IMG/VR virus record: IMGVR_UViG_3300049855_000474
Span: 32,001 to 96,000 of that record
Direction: 5' to 3' (one strand)
Length of the DNA stretch: 64,000 nucleotides
Source: a virus
The translations under genes were made by a program, and so were the position numbers. Positions 28,898-38,236 of this stretch are shown in pieces (positions within the stretch are counted from its first letter, which is position 1; each line of letters begins with the position of its first letter). A model generated the notes under the pieces. The model had not been told where the DNA came from, searched no databases, and saw nothing but the letters and a program-made list of their open reading frames with translations.

Positions 28898-29863
28898 TTA
28901 GCGACTGGACTTGCCAGCCTGGTGACGTGCACGGAAGCCAAAGACCTCACGCAACTGCTCTTTAGGATCGGTCTCTTCAGAGAAACCTGCGGTGTATGTC
29001 ATGAGAGGAACATTCTTCGATGCAGGAGCGACGGCAGTCGAGGCTTCGACCGTGGGCGTACGCTGAGGCATGTCATTGATCTGCTCCTGGATCTCGTTAT
29101 AAGATTCAGGCGAAAGATCCATCCACTTCATGGCTTGCTTGAAAGCGTCATCGAAATACTCTGAGGACTTCTCCTGCCAAGCAGCTTCGATAATCGCAAC
29201 AGCACGATCCGACTCAATACCCGCCGAACGCATACGATTGAAGAGAGCATCCTTGAGCGCGTTAGCGACAATGAAGTTCTTCGTTTGCGCAGTCACAACA
29301 AGGTTAAGCGTATTAACCATGTCATTACGGAGGTTAGCCTTCGCACGACGAAGCTCGTCGGTCGATGCAGCCTTGAGATGAGCTTCGAGCGCCTGGTAGG
29401 CGTCGGAACCCTTGACGGAAGCAACGTAAGCTCGAGCACGAACACCAGCAAGAATCTCTTCAAGATCCATACGGGTAGCCGCGTTCACGATGCCGTGCGC
29501 ATAAGCGTCAGTCGAAAAGACCTTCGCAACGCGCTCCACATCTTCCTGGTCACTCAAACGAATCTGAGCAACGGGCTGACCATCAGCGCACACAAGCCAA
29601 TGAGGATCCGAAGACCTTTCATTGAACAAATGCATGGTGAGTTCAGCAGTCTTCGTCACATTCCTGGGATCGAGTACAGCCGCTGTGAGAGTTTCCGTAG
29701 ACATAATCTCTGCAGTAGGCGCCACGGCGGGCGTAACAGCAGGAGTTACATCACTAGAAACAGTTGCGGTGGGCTGAGACTGTTGTGCGGTCGTGGGAGC
29801 GCCCTGCTTGTTAGCAAGTCGCTTCTGTCGATCCGCCCTTAAGGCTGCCTTGTCGATTGTCAT
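28898..29863 (-). CDS. Putative scaffold/core head protein
   Basis: Ala-rich and helical, between protease and cement, with several x-x-A|S/A sites. Confidence 0.5.
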   Translation of the reverse strand: MTIDKAALRADRQKRLANKQGAPTTAQQSQPTATVSSDVTPAVTPAVAPTAEIMSTETLTAAVLDPRNVTKTAELTMHLFNERSSDPHWLVCADGQPVAQIRLSDQEDVERVAKVFSTDAYAHGIVNAATRMDLEEILAGVRARAYVASVKGSDAYQALEAHLKAASTDELRRAKANLRNDMVNTLNLVVTAQTKNFIVANALKDALFNRMRSAGIESDRAVAIIEAAWQEKSSEYFDDAFKQAMKWMDLSPESYNEIQEQINDMPQRTPTVEASTAVAPASKNVPLMTYTAGFSEETDPKEQLREVFGFRARHQAGKSSR

Positions 29864-29996
29864 AGCATTATCCTTTAATACTAGCCTTGTTGGGTTTCAT
29901 AATATCCTCAGCACCAGTACCGAGGACTTTGGCTCCAGCTAGAGGAGCAACTAAGGGCAATTAAATCACCCTTGAAATTATATAACTAGTCTATGA

Positions 29997-30236
29997 TTAA
30001 GCCAAATCCTGAAGAGTATCACCACCAGCCATCTGGGTAAGCTCATTGTGCTTCGCCCAAAGCTGAGCCAAAGCACTGTGCGCCTTAGGCAACTTGTCCT
30101 TACCTATTTTACCAGATTGTAGGTTTAATGAGATCTTATGAATAAGATTCTCAATATCCTTCAGTTCCTCAGGTCCAGCAAGCTTCTCAATAGCCGCCGC
30201 CACAACATACACTCGCTTTTGTAGATCTTTACGCAT
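29997..30236 (-). CDS. Putative internal head protein (MRKDLQKR leader family)
   Basis: Begins MRKDLQKRVYVVAAAIEKLA; C-terminus GDTLQDLA. Confidence 0.6.
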   Translation of the reverse strand: MRKDLQKRVYVVAAAIEKLAGPEELKDIENLIHKISLNLQSGKIGKDKLPKAHSALAQLWAKHNELTQMAGGDTLQDLA

Positions 30237-30419
30237 TCTTCTTATTCCTGTGAAAATCTCCAGAAAATGGAGAAATTGTAGATCGCTTACAGAATTATAT
30301 AACCAGGTCTTCCAATTTAGTGCAATAGGAGAGAAGATCTTCTAAACTGGTGACTGGGTACTTGGAAAGGTCTTTCCTAAGTAAGAAAATTGTTTTATTG
30401 GCTAATTCAGGGCATTCCA

Positions 30420-30600
30420 TTGACATCCTCCCCTTCTCTAAAGAAGGAGATTCCTAACTCACTTCAGAGCCTACCGTTAGACAGCAGGAACAGGTTTGGC
30501 TTGTGAGGTACTCATTTACCTCAGTGTAAGTCCCTGAGCGCCTAATGGCTTTGTACTTCAGGAACGTCCTTAGCATAGCCCAACCAGCGTTAGTAAACAT
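30420..30600 (-). mobile_element. tnpB: IS200/IS605-family remnant: tnpB fragment plus intact right end
   Basis: AGWAMLRTFLKYKAIRRSGTYTEVNEYLTSQTCSCC is a TnpB RuvC-II/Zn-ribbon segment. It is followed by GGAATCTCCTTCTTTAGAGAAGGGGAGGATGTCAA, the typical right-end hairpin ending in TCAA. Confidence 0.85.
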
Positions 30601-30613
30601 AAGTCCTTGTAAT

Positions 30614-31360
30614 TTATAGCTTATCCCAAGGAGAGCGCCAACGATCATATGCAGTATGATCGGCGGGGCAAACTCCAGGCAAAATTGAAGTTTCAATGTA
30701 GTTTAAATTAAAACAATTTTCATACAATAGTTGTCCGTTGACAACCTGTCCCTTACCTTTACCGTGCTGCATGTGACTACAAGCAATTCGTCCATTAGGA
30801 CTAGTAGCCCCACAACCCGGATAAGAACATTCCGTATAACCAACAAAGGCTCCCATAGAAAAACCAAGACGATCACCACGCAACATTTGCGCAATCATCT
30901 CTGGATCCTTTGTGCGATCCCAAGCAGCAAGTACTACAATTTTGTACTGACCATTAGCTAGCTTCTGTAGTGATGCATCAAGATGCACACCACGGGCTTT
31001 ACGGATGTCCTTGTTGTCGTGATCTCGATGTGTCGGCTTGGAAATAAATGTTTGATAGGCAATTCTTCCAATGTCGGGATTGAACGCTGACACAGCATCA
31101 AAAGTAAAAGCATCAAGGTTTCGATTGGGGACATCTACTGTCACAATGGGGATTTCATTGATGATGTAATCTTTAATATCTGGTGATATATGATACTTTT
31201 CAGCGGCTAGGGGTAGCCAACTGATATCAATGTGTCCGGTTTTATTGAAGATATGGTTTGATGCCATACGGAGCTTACCGGTGGTAGGGTCCCGGAATTG
31301 CTCGCACTTATGCCCTTCGAACTGTCGAGTGGCTGGGGTGGTTTCACCTAGTTTTATCAT
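30614..31360 (-). CDS. Prohead (maturation) protease
   Basis: PNRNLDAF, FISKPTHRDHDN (His), GFSMGA (Ser), Cys-rich Zn insert; directly downstream of portal. Confidence 0.78.
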   Translation of the reverse strand: MIKLGETTPATRQFEGHKCEQFRDPTTGKLRMASNHIFNKTGHIDISWLPLAAEKYHISPDIKDYIINEIPIVTVDVPNRNLDAFTFDAVSAFNPDIGRIAYQTFISKPTHRDHDNKDIRKARGVHLDASLQKLANGQYKIVVLAAWDRTKDPEMIAQMLRGDRLGFSMGAFVGYTECSYPGCGATSPNGRIACSHMQHGKGKGQVVNGQLLYENCFNLNYIETSILPGVCPADHTAYDRWRSPWDKL

Positions 31361-31420
31361 TTATGAAGCCTTTTCACGTAGCAATTAGAGCAATAACCCT
31401 TACATAATAGATAATCTTAG

Positions 31421-33733
31421 TTATTTCATCTTTTTCAGGGCATTAGAATCATCAATGAAACCAGTGAGAAGTCTATCACCGCCGCGTTCGCCGGGAATAG
31501 AAACTCTACTGAAGTCAATGGGCATAGCGGGTTTTGGTTTCTCTACTGCCCCTGGTGCTTCTGGACGAACAAGGGTGTAGGCATAGACATACTGAAGTTC
31601 TGTCTTGAGCGCTGTCTTATCATGAATAGAATCTAGTAGCCCGTCAGTAATATCAGAAGCGATATCTTGACTTAGGGTGATACCGTGAAGTAGACCAGCG
31701 CGAGCAAGTAGGTACTGCAGCACTTGGTCTCTCTTGACATTTCCGGTATCAATGATACTGGAAACTCTTTTTTGCTTGCCGACGACTTTGCTGGATTGGT
31801 TACCGAGATAATCCAGCAATACTTTGGTCGAGTATTCAGCCTGTTCCCTGGTTATACCTAGGAACGAGCCTCGGATAAAATGAGGGAGAGTAGCTACAGC
31901 AGCGATGGAATCCCCATAATCAGAAGTAGTTGTTTCTTTTACGGAGGCTCCAAGAGTGGGAAGTGAGATATTAGAAGGTGCTCCACCTGGGGCACCTCCT
32001 GGTGCTCCACCTCCACCGAGGTCACCACCCATACCACCTGGTGCACCGCCAAGGTCACCTAACCCACCGAGATCACCACCTAAATCAGGGGGAGGACCTC
32101 CACCAGGAGATCCTGTATCAAGGTCCAAACCTGGACCCATGCCACCGCCACCGATACCGCCACCGATACCACCGCCCAAACCACCACCAAGCCCACCACC
32201 ACCTGGAGCACCCATGGTTTCAGGAGCGACTTCTTGTATTTTCTTAGCATGAGCAGAAAGTTGTTTTCTAATTTCGATATCGTCATCAAATTGTGCAATT
32301 TCTGAATCTAGGCTGAAGCCTGCGGAGGCTGCCCAGGTACGCATAGTGACAGGAATACCTTTAGAATTCATGAACTCCAGGATTTCCAGGTAATCTCTAT
32401 CAGCCACAGGGCGAAGGGATTTTTCCCACTTGAAATCTGGGAGCAGAAGGGTTTCATTTGTAGCGTCTTTAGCAACTCGAACCCGGTGATTCAATTCCGC
32501 AGTTGTTCGCTTTACAAAATTATGCTTTTGAGCAATGGGCTTAAGTAGGCGATCAATCAGCAAGTAATGCGTCATGAAATTACGATGCGCCCTAATCTTC
32601 TCTAGGAAGATAGACATTTGCTGTTCGAGGGTGGAGAAGTTAGCATCACCTCTAAGAAAAGCTTCACTTACACCTAGCGAGTTTAGTTTTCCTGATTGCA
32701 GGAAACTCCACTCATCACTGATCTTGAGTATATCCTGTGGAGTACCTCCACCGACCTCATTGGTCTGAACGCCTGTTCGTGTTACAACGATAGCACCAAC
32801 AGGGTCTTCATCTGCTTGCATGAACAAGCTACTGATACCATCAAGTTCTTGGGGACTGGGCTCCCAATCATCAAGACCTACCTGGATGTGACGAATTCTA
32901 GAAAGTCTACGCTTAGCAGAAGCAATTGTACCATTGACAAGTGCCTTCTCGTATGCGACAAACATGAGAATACGTGTATAAGCAGAAGCACCAATAGTAT
33001 CGTAAGGAGCTGTTTTTCTTGGAATATAGAAAGATTGTTCTGGTGGTAGTGGAATTTCTTTACCACTTCGAATCAAATCAACCAGTTCTTTAATTTCACT
33101 CTGGGCGGCTACGTCACGTTCATCTACACTGACAGCCCACCTGCGGTGCTGGGGTGTTGGGATAATATCCAACTTAGGCTGAAAACCTGGAATCGGGATA
33201 GGGTCCACACGAATCCAGTCAGGATCGTGGATAATCATTTTAGTGAAATAGCCTTTGGAATCATCCATATGAAGATGACCAATAACCTTACCCATTTTGA
33301 GAAATTCTGCGCTGATTTCAGGCAGTTGAGCAGTTATATTAATGGCATTCAAGCAATCGGTGTAGGTCTGAAGGACCTCTTTATCTTCAATACCAGTCAG
33401 TTGGAAATCTGACCAAGGAAGTTCTGTATACAAGTCGAGAGCTGGACCAGCAACAGGGTCTTGCAAATGAATACGCCGCCAGATACGATGCAAACGCCTG
33501 GGGTCAACGGGCATAAACTGTTCGATGATTGTACCTTCAGACAAGTCATCGTAAACAGGATTGAATTGGGTACGTCCACCTGCGCCTTGAGCAGGGACCA
33601 TACCACCGGATTGACCACCGAAACCGAAAGTACCAGGATTAGAGTTGCTTGGACTGCCACCGCCAAAAGGAGCTGCTGTCTTCCTACGAAGGGAAGCGAT
33701 GCGCATGCGGTCTGGATGAAATTTAATGGACAT
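31421..33733 (-). CDS. Portal protein with Gly/Pro-rich linker and C-terminal extension
   Basis: DPVAGPALDLYTELPWSDF, EFLKMGKVIG, IHDPDWI and LGVSEAFLRGDANFS motifs; upstream of the protease. Confidence 0.8.
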   Translation of the reverse strand: MSIKFHPDRMRIASLRRKTAAPFGGGSPSNSNPGTFGFGGQSGGMVPAQGAGGRTQFNPVYDDLSEGTIIEQFMPVDPRRLHRIWRRIHLQDPVAGPALDLYTELPWSDFQLTGIEDKEVLQTYTDCLNAINITAQLPEISAEFLKMGKVIGHLHMDDSKGYFTKMIIHDPDWIRVDPIPIPGFQPKLDIIPTPQHRRWAVSVDERDVAAQSEIKELVDLIRSGKEIPLPPEQSFYIPRKTAPYDTIGASAYTRILMFVAYEKALVNGTIASAKRRLSRIRHIQVGLDDWEPSPQELDGISSLFMQADEDPVGAIVVTRTGVQTNEVGGGTPQDILKISDEWSFLQSGKLNSLGVSEAFLRGDANFSTLEQQMSIFLEKIRAHRNFMTHYLLIDRLLKPIAQKHNFVKRTTAELNHRVRVAKDATNETLLLPDFKWEKSLRPVADRDYLEILEFMNSKGIPVTMRTWAASAGFSLDSEIAQFDDDIEIRKQLSAHAKKIQEVAPETMGAPGGGGLGGGLGGGIGGGIGGGGMGPGLDLDTGSPGGGPPPDLGGDLGGLGDLGGAPGGMGGDLGGGGAPGGAPGGAPSNISLPTLGASVKETTTSDYGDSIAAVATLPHFIRGSFLGITREQAEYSTKVLLDYLGNQSSKVVGKQKRVSSIIDTGNVKRDQVLQYLLARAGLLHGITLSQDIASDITDGLLDSIHDKTALKTELQYVYAYTLVRPEAPGAVEKPKPAMPIDFSRVSIPGERGGDRLLTGFIDDSNALKKMK

Positions 33734-34722
33734 TAAGCCTCTGACTTAGAATCGGTACGCTTTTTCAGCGAGGAAGCTAGAGCTAGCTCCAGGGCTGTAG
33801 TATCTACGCCATCTACATTCTGTATGAATAATCGAAGGTAATGAGCATTGCCTGCTTTGATCAGGTACTTCTCGGCGGCAGGAATGTTGGCGCCTTCGAT
33901 ATTTTTAGCAAAAACGTAAATAGTTTGAAGGTCAGCGGAGTCTAAAACCTTCTGTTCCAACCTCTTTATATCTGCACCTTTTACATCTTTAGCGAAAAAA
34001 TAAGCCATAGAAGGTGTACCGTTTTCAAATACAACAGCTTCCAATTTCTGGAGAACAGCAGTGGAAAGGTCTTCCTGGTAACGTGAAGCTACACGGAGTG
34101 CTTGTTCAGCATCCTTAGCCACAACGATCCTGTTTATCTCTCCATATGCCACCTTTAACGCACCTGTAGTTAGATACTTTCCAACACCGCTAAAAATTTC
34201 ACTTAGACTGTCCGCTAAAAGATACATTTGAAACAATGCGTTGGCGTAGTAAATGTTTTTGTTATCCTCAGTTATATAGACGCTTCCACCGTTGAGGGAG
34301 ATCTCTGTGAAGAATCCAGATACTTTTCTTTTGAATTGCGATGGAATCATTTCATGGGAAAAAGGGGCAGGAATCTTGATAAGATACACTTCAGGACTAT
34401 GAAGTAGGCTTCTAAGCTCAGCTCGGATAGGTTCTTCGATATTCAAGTTTTTAACGTTTTCAACAGAATAAGAAATATGAATATCGTCAAAATCAGATGG
34501 TGGGCGATTCTGTTCAGAGGTATTAGGTGGAGGGAGAGGCGAAAGTTCTACGCCATGGGACACCTGGAAAGCGCGCTCAAGAGAATAGTTCTGGCACACT
34601 TTAGTAGTGCACTGTGTTGTTTTGGGTCCATTTTCTGCTTGTAGGTCTCCACACAAAGGGCAAGCCCCTGCAAACTTACGCAGATGCGCAATCAAAGTGC
34701 GTACCCTAGACAAGGAACCCAT
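33733..34722 (-). CDS. Putative head protein with Zn finger and C-terminal helical repeats
   Basis: Leader MGSLSRVRTLIAHLRKFA, then CPLC..C....C; repeats FAK(D/N)(V/I).GA(D/N)I..(L/A)E. Confidence 0.55.
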   Translation of the reverse strand: MGSLSRVRTLIAHLRKFAGACPLCGDLQAENGPKTTQCTTKVCQNYSLERAFQVSHGVELSPLPPPNTSEQNRPPSDFDDIHISYSVENVKNLNIEEPIRAELRSLLHSPEVYLIKIPAPFSHEMIPSQFKRKVSGFFTEISLNGGSVYITEDNKNIYYANALFQMYLLADSLSEIFSGVGKYLTTGALKVAYGEINRIVVAKDAEQALRVASRYQEDLSTAVLQKLEAVVFENGTPSMAYFFAKDVKGADIKRLEQKVLDSADLQTIYVFAKNIEGANIPAAEKYLIKAGNAHYLRLFIQNVDGVDTTALELALASSLKKRTDSKSEA

Positions 34723-34733
34723 AAGTAAAACCC

Positions 34734-35069
34734 TTATCGGACAGGAACTGTCACGTGACAACTGGAACAGTAATAAGCTTCAACTGCGTTAGACAGCTTT
34801 ACGCCATTCATTACTGAGTTACAGCGAGGACACGGAGCCATACGACTAGTCGAAGCCGAGGCTGTTCGAATAGAAGAAGCCGACTTAGGCTGCAGCTCCG
34901 CAAGAACTAGGTCTAGAGCCAAAGTAGTATCCTCTGGACGAACGGAATCCTTAATATCAGCAAGAGCTAGCTTGAAGCGGATCTCACGACGACGCAGTGT
35001 GGTGAGTGGTTCAAAGCCATAAACCTGAGCAGTATCGTTCAAAAATTCGTCAATTGTCTTTTTCGCCAT
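34734..35069 (-). CDS. Small protein with C-terminal Zn ribbon
   Basis: CPRC...YYCSSCHV; internal IRTASAS. Confidence 0.65.
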   Translation of the reverse strand: MAKKTIDEFLNDTAQVYGFEPLTTLRRREIRFKLALADIKDSVRPEDTTLALDLVLAELQPKSASSIRTASASTSRMAPCPRCNSVMNGVKLSNAVEAYYCSSCHVTVPVR

Positions 35070-35134
35070 AGCAAACCCTCAATTACCAGATAACCAGTAG
35101 AGACAAAGTTTTATAAGTACCCGTAAATTCAAGA

Positions 35135-35668
35135 CTATTTCTTACTTAGCAAGTCATCCAAGGTATCTTCTGAAGTTTTCGATGCAGGGGACTTCATATC
35201 TTCTGTCCGGCGAAGCTTGTGCTTGACGGGCTGATGTTTCTCTTGAGCCTTGTGTTTAATCGAAAGCCGTTTCATAGTAGAAGCAAGCTCCTGAAGATCA
35301 CCAAAGTTCTTGGAGTATTGTTCCAATTGGGCTGATAGCTCATTAAGCTCGGAAGTAGCTTTAATTTTAGCTACCTCTTTAGTGTCCTGCCCAGGCTGAA
35401 GGACCTCGGAGAGCTGAGTAGAGATCTTATTGAGGTACTTCTCAATCTGAGTAGCCGCATCATCCAAGGCATTAATAGCTTGTTTTATTTCTGACTTTTC
35501 TGGTAAGTCCTGCAGAAGAGCCACAAATTCATCAGTATTATCCTGAAGTAGCCCCAGAGGGGTGACTTTAACGGTCTTATCCTCACCTTTGTAACCAACA
35601 CCTCGGGTATTAGTAGTATCAGCGAGCTTAGTAAGCCCCTCAGCGATTTTCTGTATTTTAGTAGACAT
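35135..35668 (-). CDS. Putative internal head protein
   Basis: Leader MSTKIQKIAEGLTKLA; C-terminus EDTLDDLL. Confidence 0.55.
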   Translation of the reverse strand: MSTKIQKIAEGLTKLADTTNTRGVGYKGEDKTVKVTPLGLLQDNTDEFVALLQDLPEKSEIKQAINALDDAATQIEKYLNKISTQLSEVLQPGQDTKEVAKIKATSELNELSAQLEQYSKNFGDLQELASTMKRLSIKHKAQEKHQPVKHKLRRTEDMKSPASKTSEDTLDDLLSKK

Positions 35669-38232
35669 TACTCGCTCTTTTTGCTGGGTGATGCTACATC
35701 CGGAGTCAAGAAACGAATCTTTGGACGACCCATCCCCATCGGTCCACCGTCAACAGGGGAAAAAGTAACGAAAGTACCACCATCAGGAGGAGCCTCCTCT
35801 TCAGAGGAATTATCGTCTTCCTCTTCATCAAGTTCCTCAGTCTCTTCCTCTTCCTCTTCCTCTTCCTCTTCCTCTCCATCAGAATCCTGAGGATTGTCCT
35901 CAACCAACATAGGAGGTGGCGGAGGGGGTGGAATAATCATAGCAGGAGGTGGAGCCATAGGCTCTTGGGGAGGAGGAATAAAAGAAGGCTGAGGTACTCG
36001 AAGCAGATTCATCAGAGAGCTAAAAGCTTCTGGTGTAATTTTGATAGTGACACAATCGACGCCCTCAGAGCCGATCACCATGGAGTGTGGCACTGCCTCA
36101 GCGGCAACAAAAGCAAGCTCTTCCTCGACAACTTCACCAGTTTTGATATCCCTGATGCAATCTTCATCCAGTTCTACAATACGACCAGCTTCCGTAAGGA
36201 CCCGAGCCCCGACAGGCTGATTGACACCAATAAAACCATCTTGCTCGTAGACTTCATCAGCACAAGCTATGACAAAGAAGTCACTGACACGCAGACTAGC
36301 GGCAACAACTTGAAGCTTGCTAGCAACAGTACCGGTAGATTGAGCAGCAATATCGTACAACTTATCAGAAAGCCTCAACATAGGAGGTTTACGGTCAAAG
36401 TCAGAAGCAGCTACAATCTTAGCTTGCGAAACGATGGTCATAGCACAAACGTCATGCTGCCGATAATCAAATAATTCAGGACTCTCGACAACCTGGAAAA
36501 CTTGAATAGGATAACCAAAGTCACACTGAAGCTCAGTCAGGATACGACCCTTATCAGCCTCTAGCTTAAAGGGAACATCCCAAGTGTTTTCAGTGAGCTT
36601 TAGGGCATTGAGCTTCCGCATATAATCAAGGAAGTTCGTATCCATGCGAGCATTGGACGTGAAGGTCATACGCATAACTGCGCTTGTTCGTACAGTGGCA
36701 ACTTTAGGCATAGGCGTTCCTTTATCAAGATCTTCAAGCAACTGACGGTCGGCGCAGATAGCTACCTCGTTTGTCATCAAAAGAGGTTCTCCTGCTACGT
36801 GATACATTGTATAGCTATGAATACCAACACGCTTAGAACTAGGATAACGATCCAAAACAACTGTAATACGATCATCAGAGATCCGAGCGTAATACAATTT
36901 ATCGTCTCGAGACTCTGCCACTTTGAACAAAGCCAAGATTTGGGGGTCATCCTTAGAAATATCCTTGAGCTGATCAATCAATGCTTGATCATCTAATTCC
37001 TCAATCAGACTGAAAAAGGAAGCCAAACGATGCGTTCCAGCAGCAGAACAAATCACATTCTCCCCATGAACACCCTGGTAAGCCGGACACTTTTTATCAT
37101 TAGCCATTTTGCAGTAAGCAAATTTGTCAGTAATATTAGTGTTCTTGGTAGGGAACTCTGGAGCCGGGCAATCATCCAGGTAAACCATCCAAGCACTTCC
37201 CGTGGTAGCAATAGCGGGAATATGACCACCAGAGAAACTCTCTTCCTTGGCAGCTTGGATTAAACCTTCCAAGTCTTCAGCATTTCGCAAATGAAGATTC
37301 TTACGCAGAAGCTGTTGAATAGTAACCAAACGATTCAATGAAGCTTCTTTCATAATAGACAGGGAAGTGTTCAATTCCTGCAATCGACCAGGAAAACTAT
37401 TGACGACATCCACCCATTGAGGGTACAATACCTCACGGTAGTCATTCCAGACACCAGACAAAGTGTCCCAATGAGCTGTCAGATCCTCAAGAAATGCTTG
37501 ACGAGGACGACTAGAAATCTCTACGAACTTATTTACAGTAGCAGCAGAAACGTTCCGAAGCTCTGTATACATTGCCTGGGTTTCAACTTGCAGGGTGTGC
37601 AAGTCATCACGAAGGCGATCTAGAGTCTCATCCTTAGCGAGACGTTCAGCAATAGAATCTACAATTTCTTCAATTTGGTCCTTGACCTTATCGAAACGAG
37701 TAGACAACTCATGCTCGTGAAGCTGGTCAAAGAACCATTGGCATTCATCTACCAAGGCTTCAAAGGTCATAAGCTGAGGTATGACCGTCGTTAGATATTG
37801 GGCAAAGTTGGAATCTTGGAGGTCTTCCCACTCTACAATAGAAAGACCAAGTTCTTTTCGAATATCAGTAGCATCAACAGAGGCTGTAAGGAGACCAAGA
37901 GCAGCAGGTGTTCCACCTTTTCCACCCTTGCCGCCTTTACCCTTGCTCTTTTTCTTATTGACCTTGTGCTTTTGACGCATCAACTTCAAGCGCTGGTGGT
38001 CCTGCTCAGTTCGAATCTTGAGAGTATAAACACCAGTCTCTTCACCCTGCTGGGTATTCTCAGCACGATAATGAAGCTTGTACTTACGCATAGTGGACTT
38101 GAAATGCTGAACACGAGCCTGGTCCGTCAGCTTGTAGTGAAGAACTCCGCTCTGGGAAAGTCCTTTGAAAGCGAGCCCATGCTGCTCACAAAGCATCTTG
38201 ATTAATTTACGTCCCTTTGCGTTAATCGGCAT
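35668..38232 (-). CDS. Large multi-segment protein (putative processed head protein) with Pro/Glu-rich C-terminus
   Basis: 854 aa with repeated x-x-A|S/A sites (LLTAS, KEAS, RLAS, IVAAS, VVAAS). Confidence 0.6.
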   Translation of the reverse strand: MPINAKGRKLIKMLCEQHGLAFKGLSQSGVLHYKLTDQARVQHFKSTMRKYKLHYRAENTQQGEETGVYTLKIRTEQDHQRLKLMRQKHKVNKKKSKGKGGKGGKGGTPAALGLLTASVDATDIRKELGLSIVEWEDLQDSNFAQYLTTVIPQLMTFEALVDECQWFFDQLHEHELSTRFDKVKDQIEEIVDSIAERLAKDETLDRLRDDLHTLQVETQAMYTELRNVSAATVNKFVEISSRPRQAFLEDLTAHWDTLSGVWNDYREVLYPQWVDVVNSFPGRLQELNTSLSIMKEASLNRLVTIQQLLRKNLHLRNAEDLEGLIQAAKEESFSGGHIPAIATTGSAWMVYLDDCPAPEFPTKNTNITDKFAYCKMANDKKCPAYQGVHGENVICSAAGTHRLASFFSLIEELDDQALIDQLKDISKDDPQILALFKVAESRDDKLYYARISDDRITVVLDRYPSSKRVGIHSYTMYHVAGEPLLMTNEVAICADRQLLEDLDKGTPMPKVATVRTSAVMRMTFTSNARMDTNFLDYMRKLNALKLTENTWDVPFKLEADKGRILTELQCDFGYPIQVFQVVESPELFDYRQHDVCAMTIVSQAKIVAASDFDRKPPMLRLSDKLYDIAAQSTGTVASKLQVVAASLRVSDFFVIACADEVYEQDGFIGVNQPVGARVLTEAGRIVELDEDCIRDIKTGEVVEEELAFVAAEAVPHSMVIGSEGVDCVTIKITPEAFSSLMNLLRVPQPSFIPPPQEPMAPPPAMIIPPPPPPPMLVEDNPQDSDGEEEEEEEEEEETEELDEEEDDNSSEEEAPPDGGTFVTFSPVDGGPMGMGRPKIRFLTPDVASPSKKSE

Positions 38233-38236
38233 CGAA

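Noticed and set aside
30454-30696. Functional TnpB/Cas12-like nuclease
   Set aside because: Only about 48 residues match; RuvC-I, RuvC-III and the N-terminal domains are missing, and the ORF's upstream part overlaps the protease gene
31960-32215. Gly/Pro-rich repeats in portal as a separate element or collagen-like gene
   Set aside because: They form an in-frame low-complexity linker without strict Gly-X-Y periodicity
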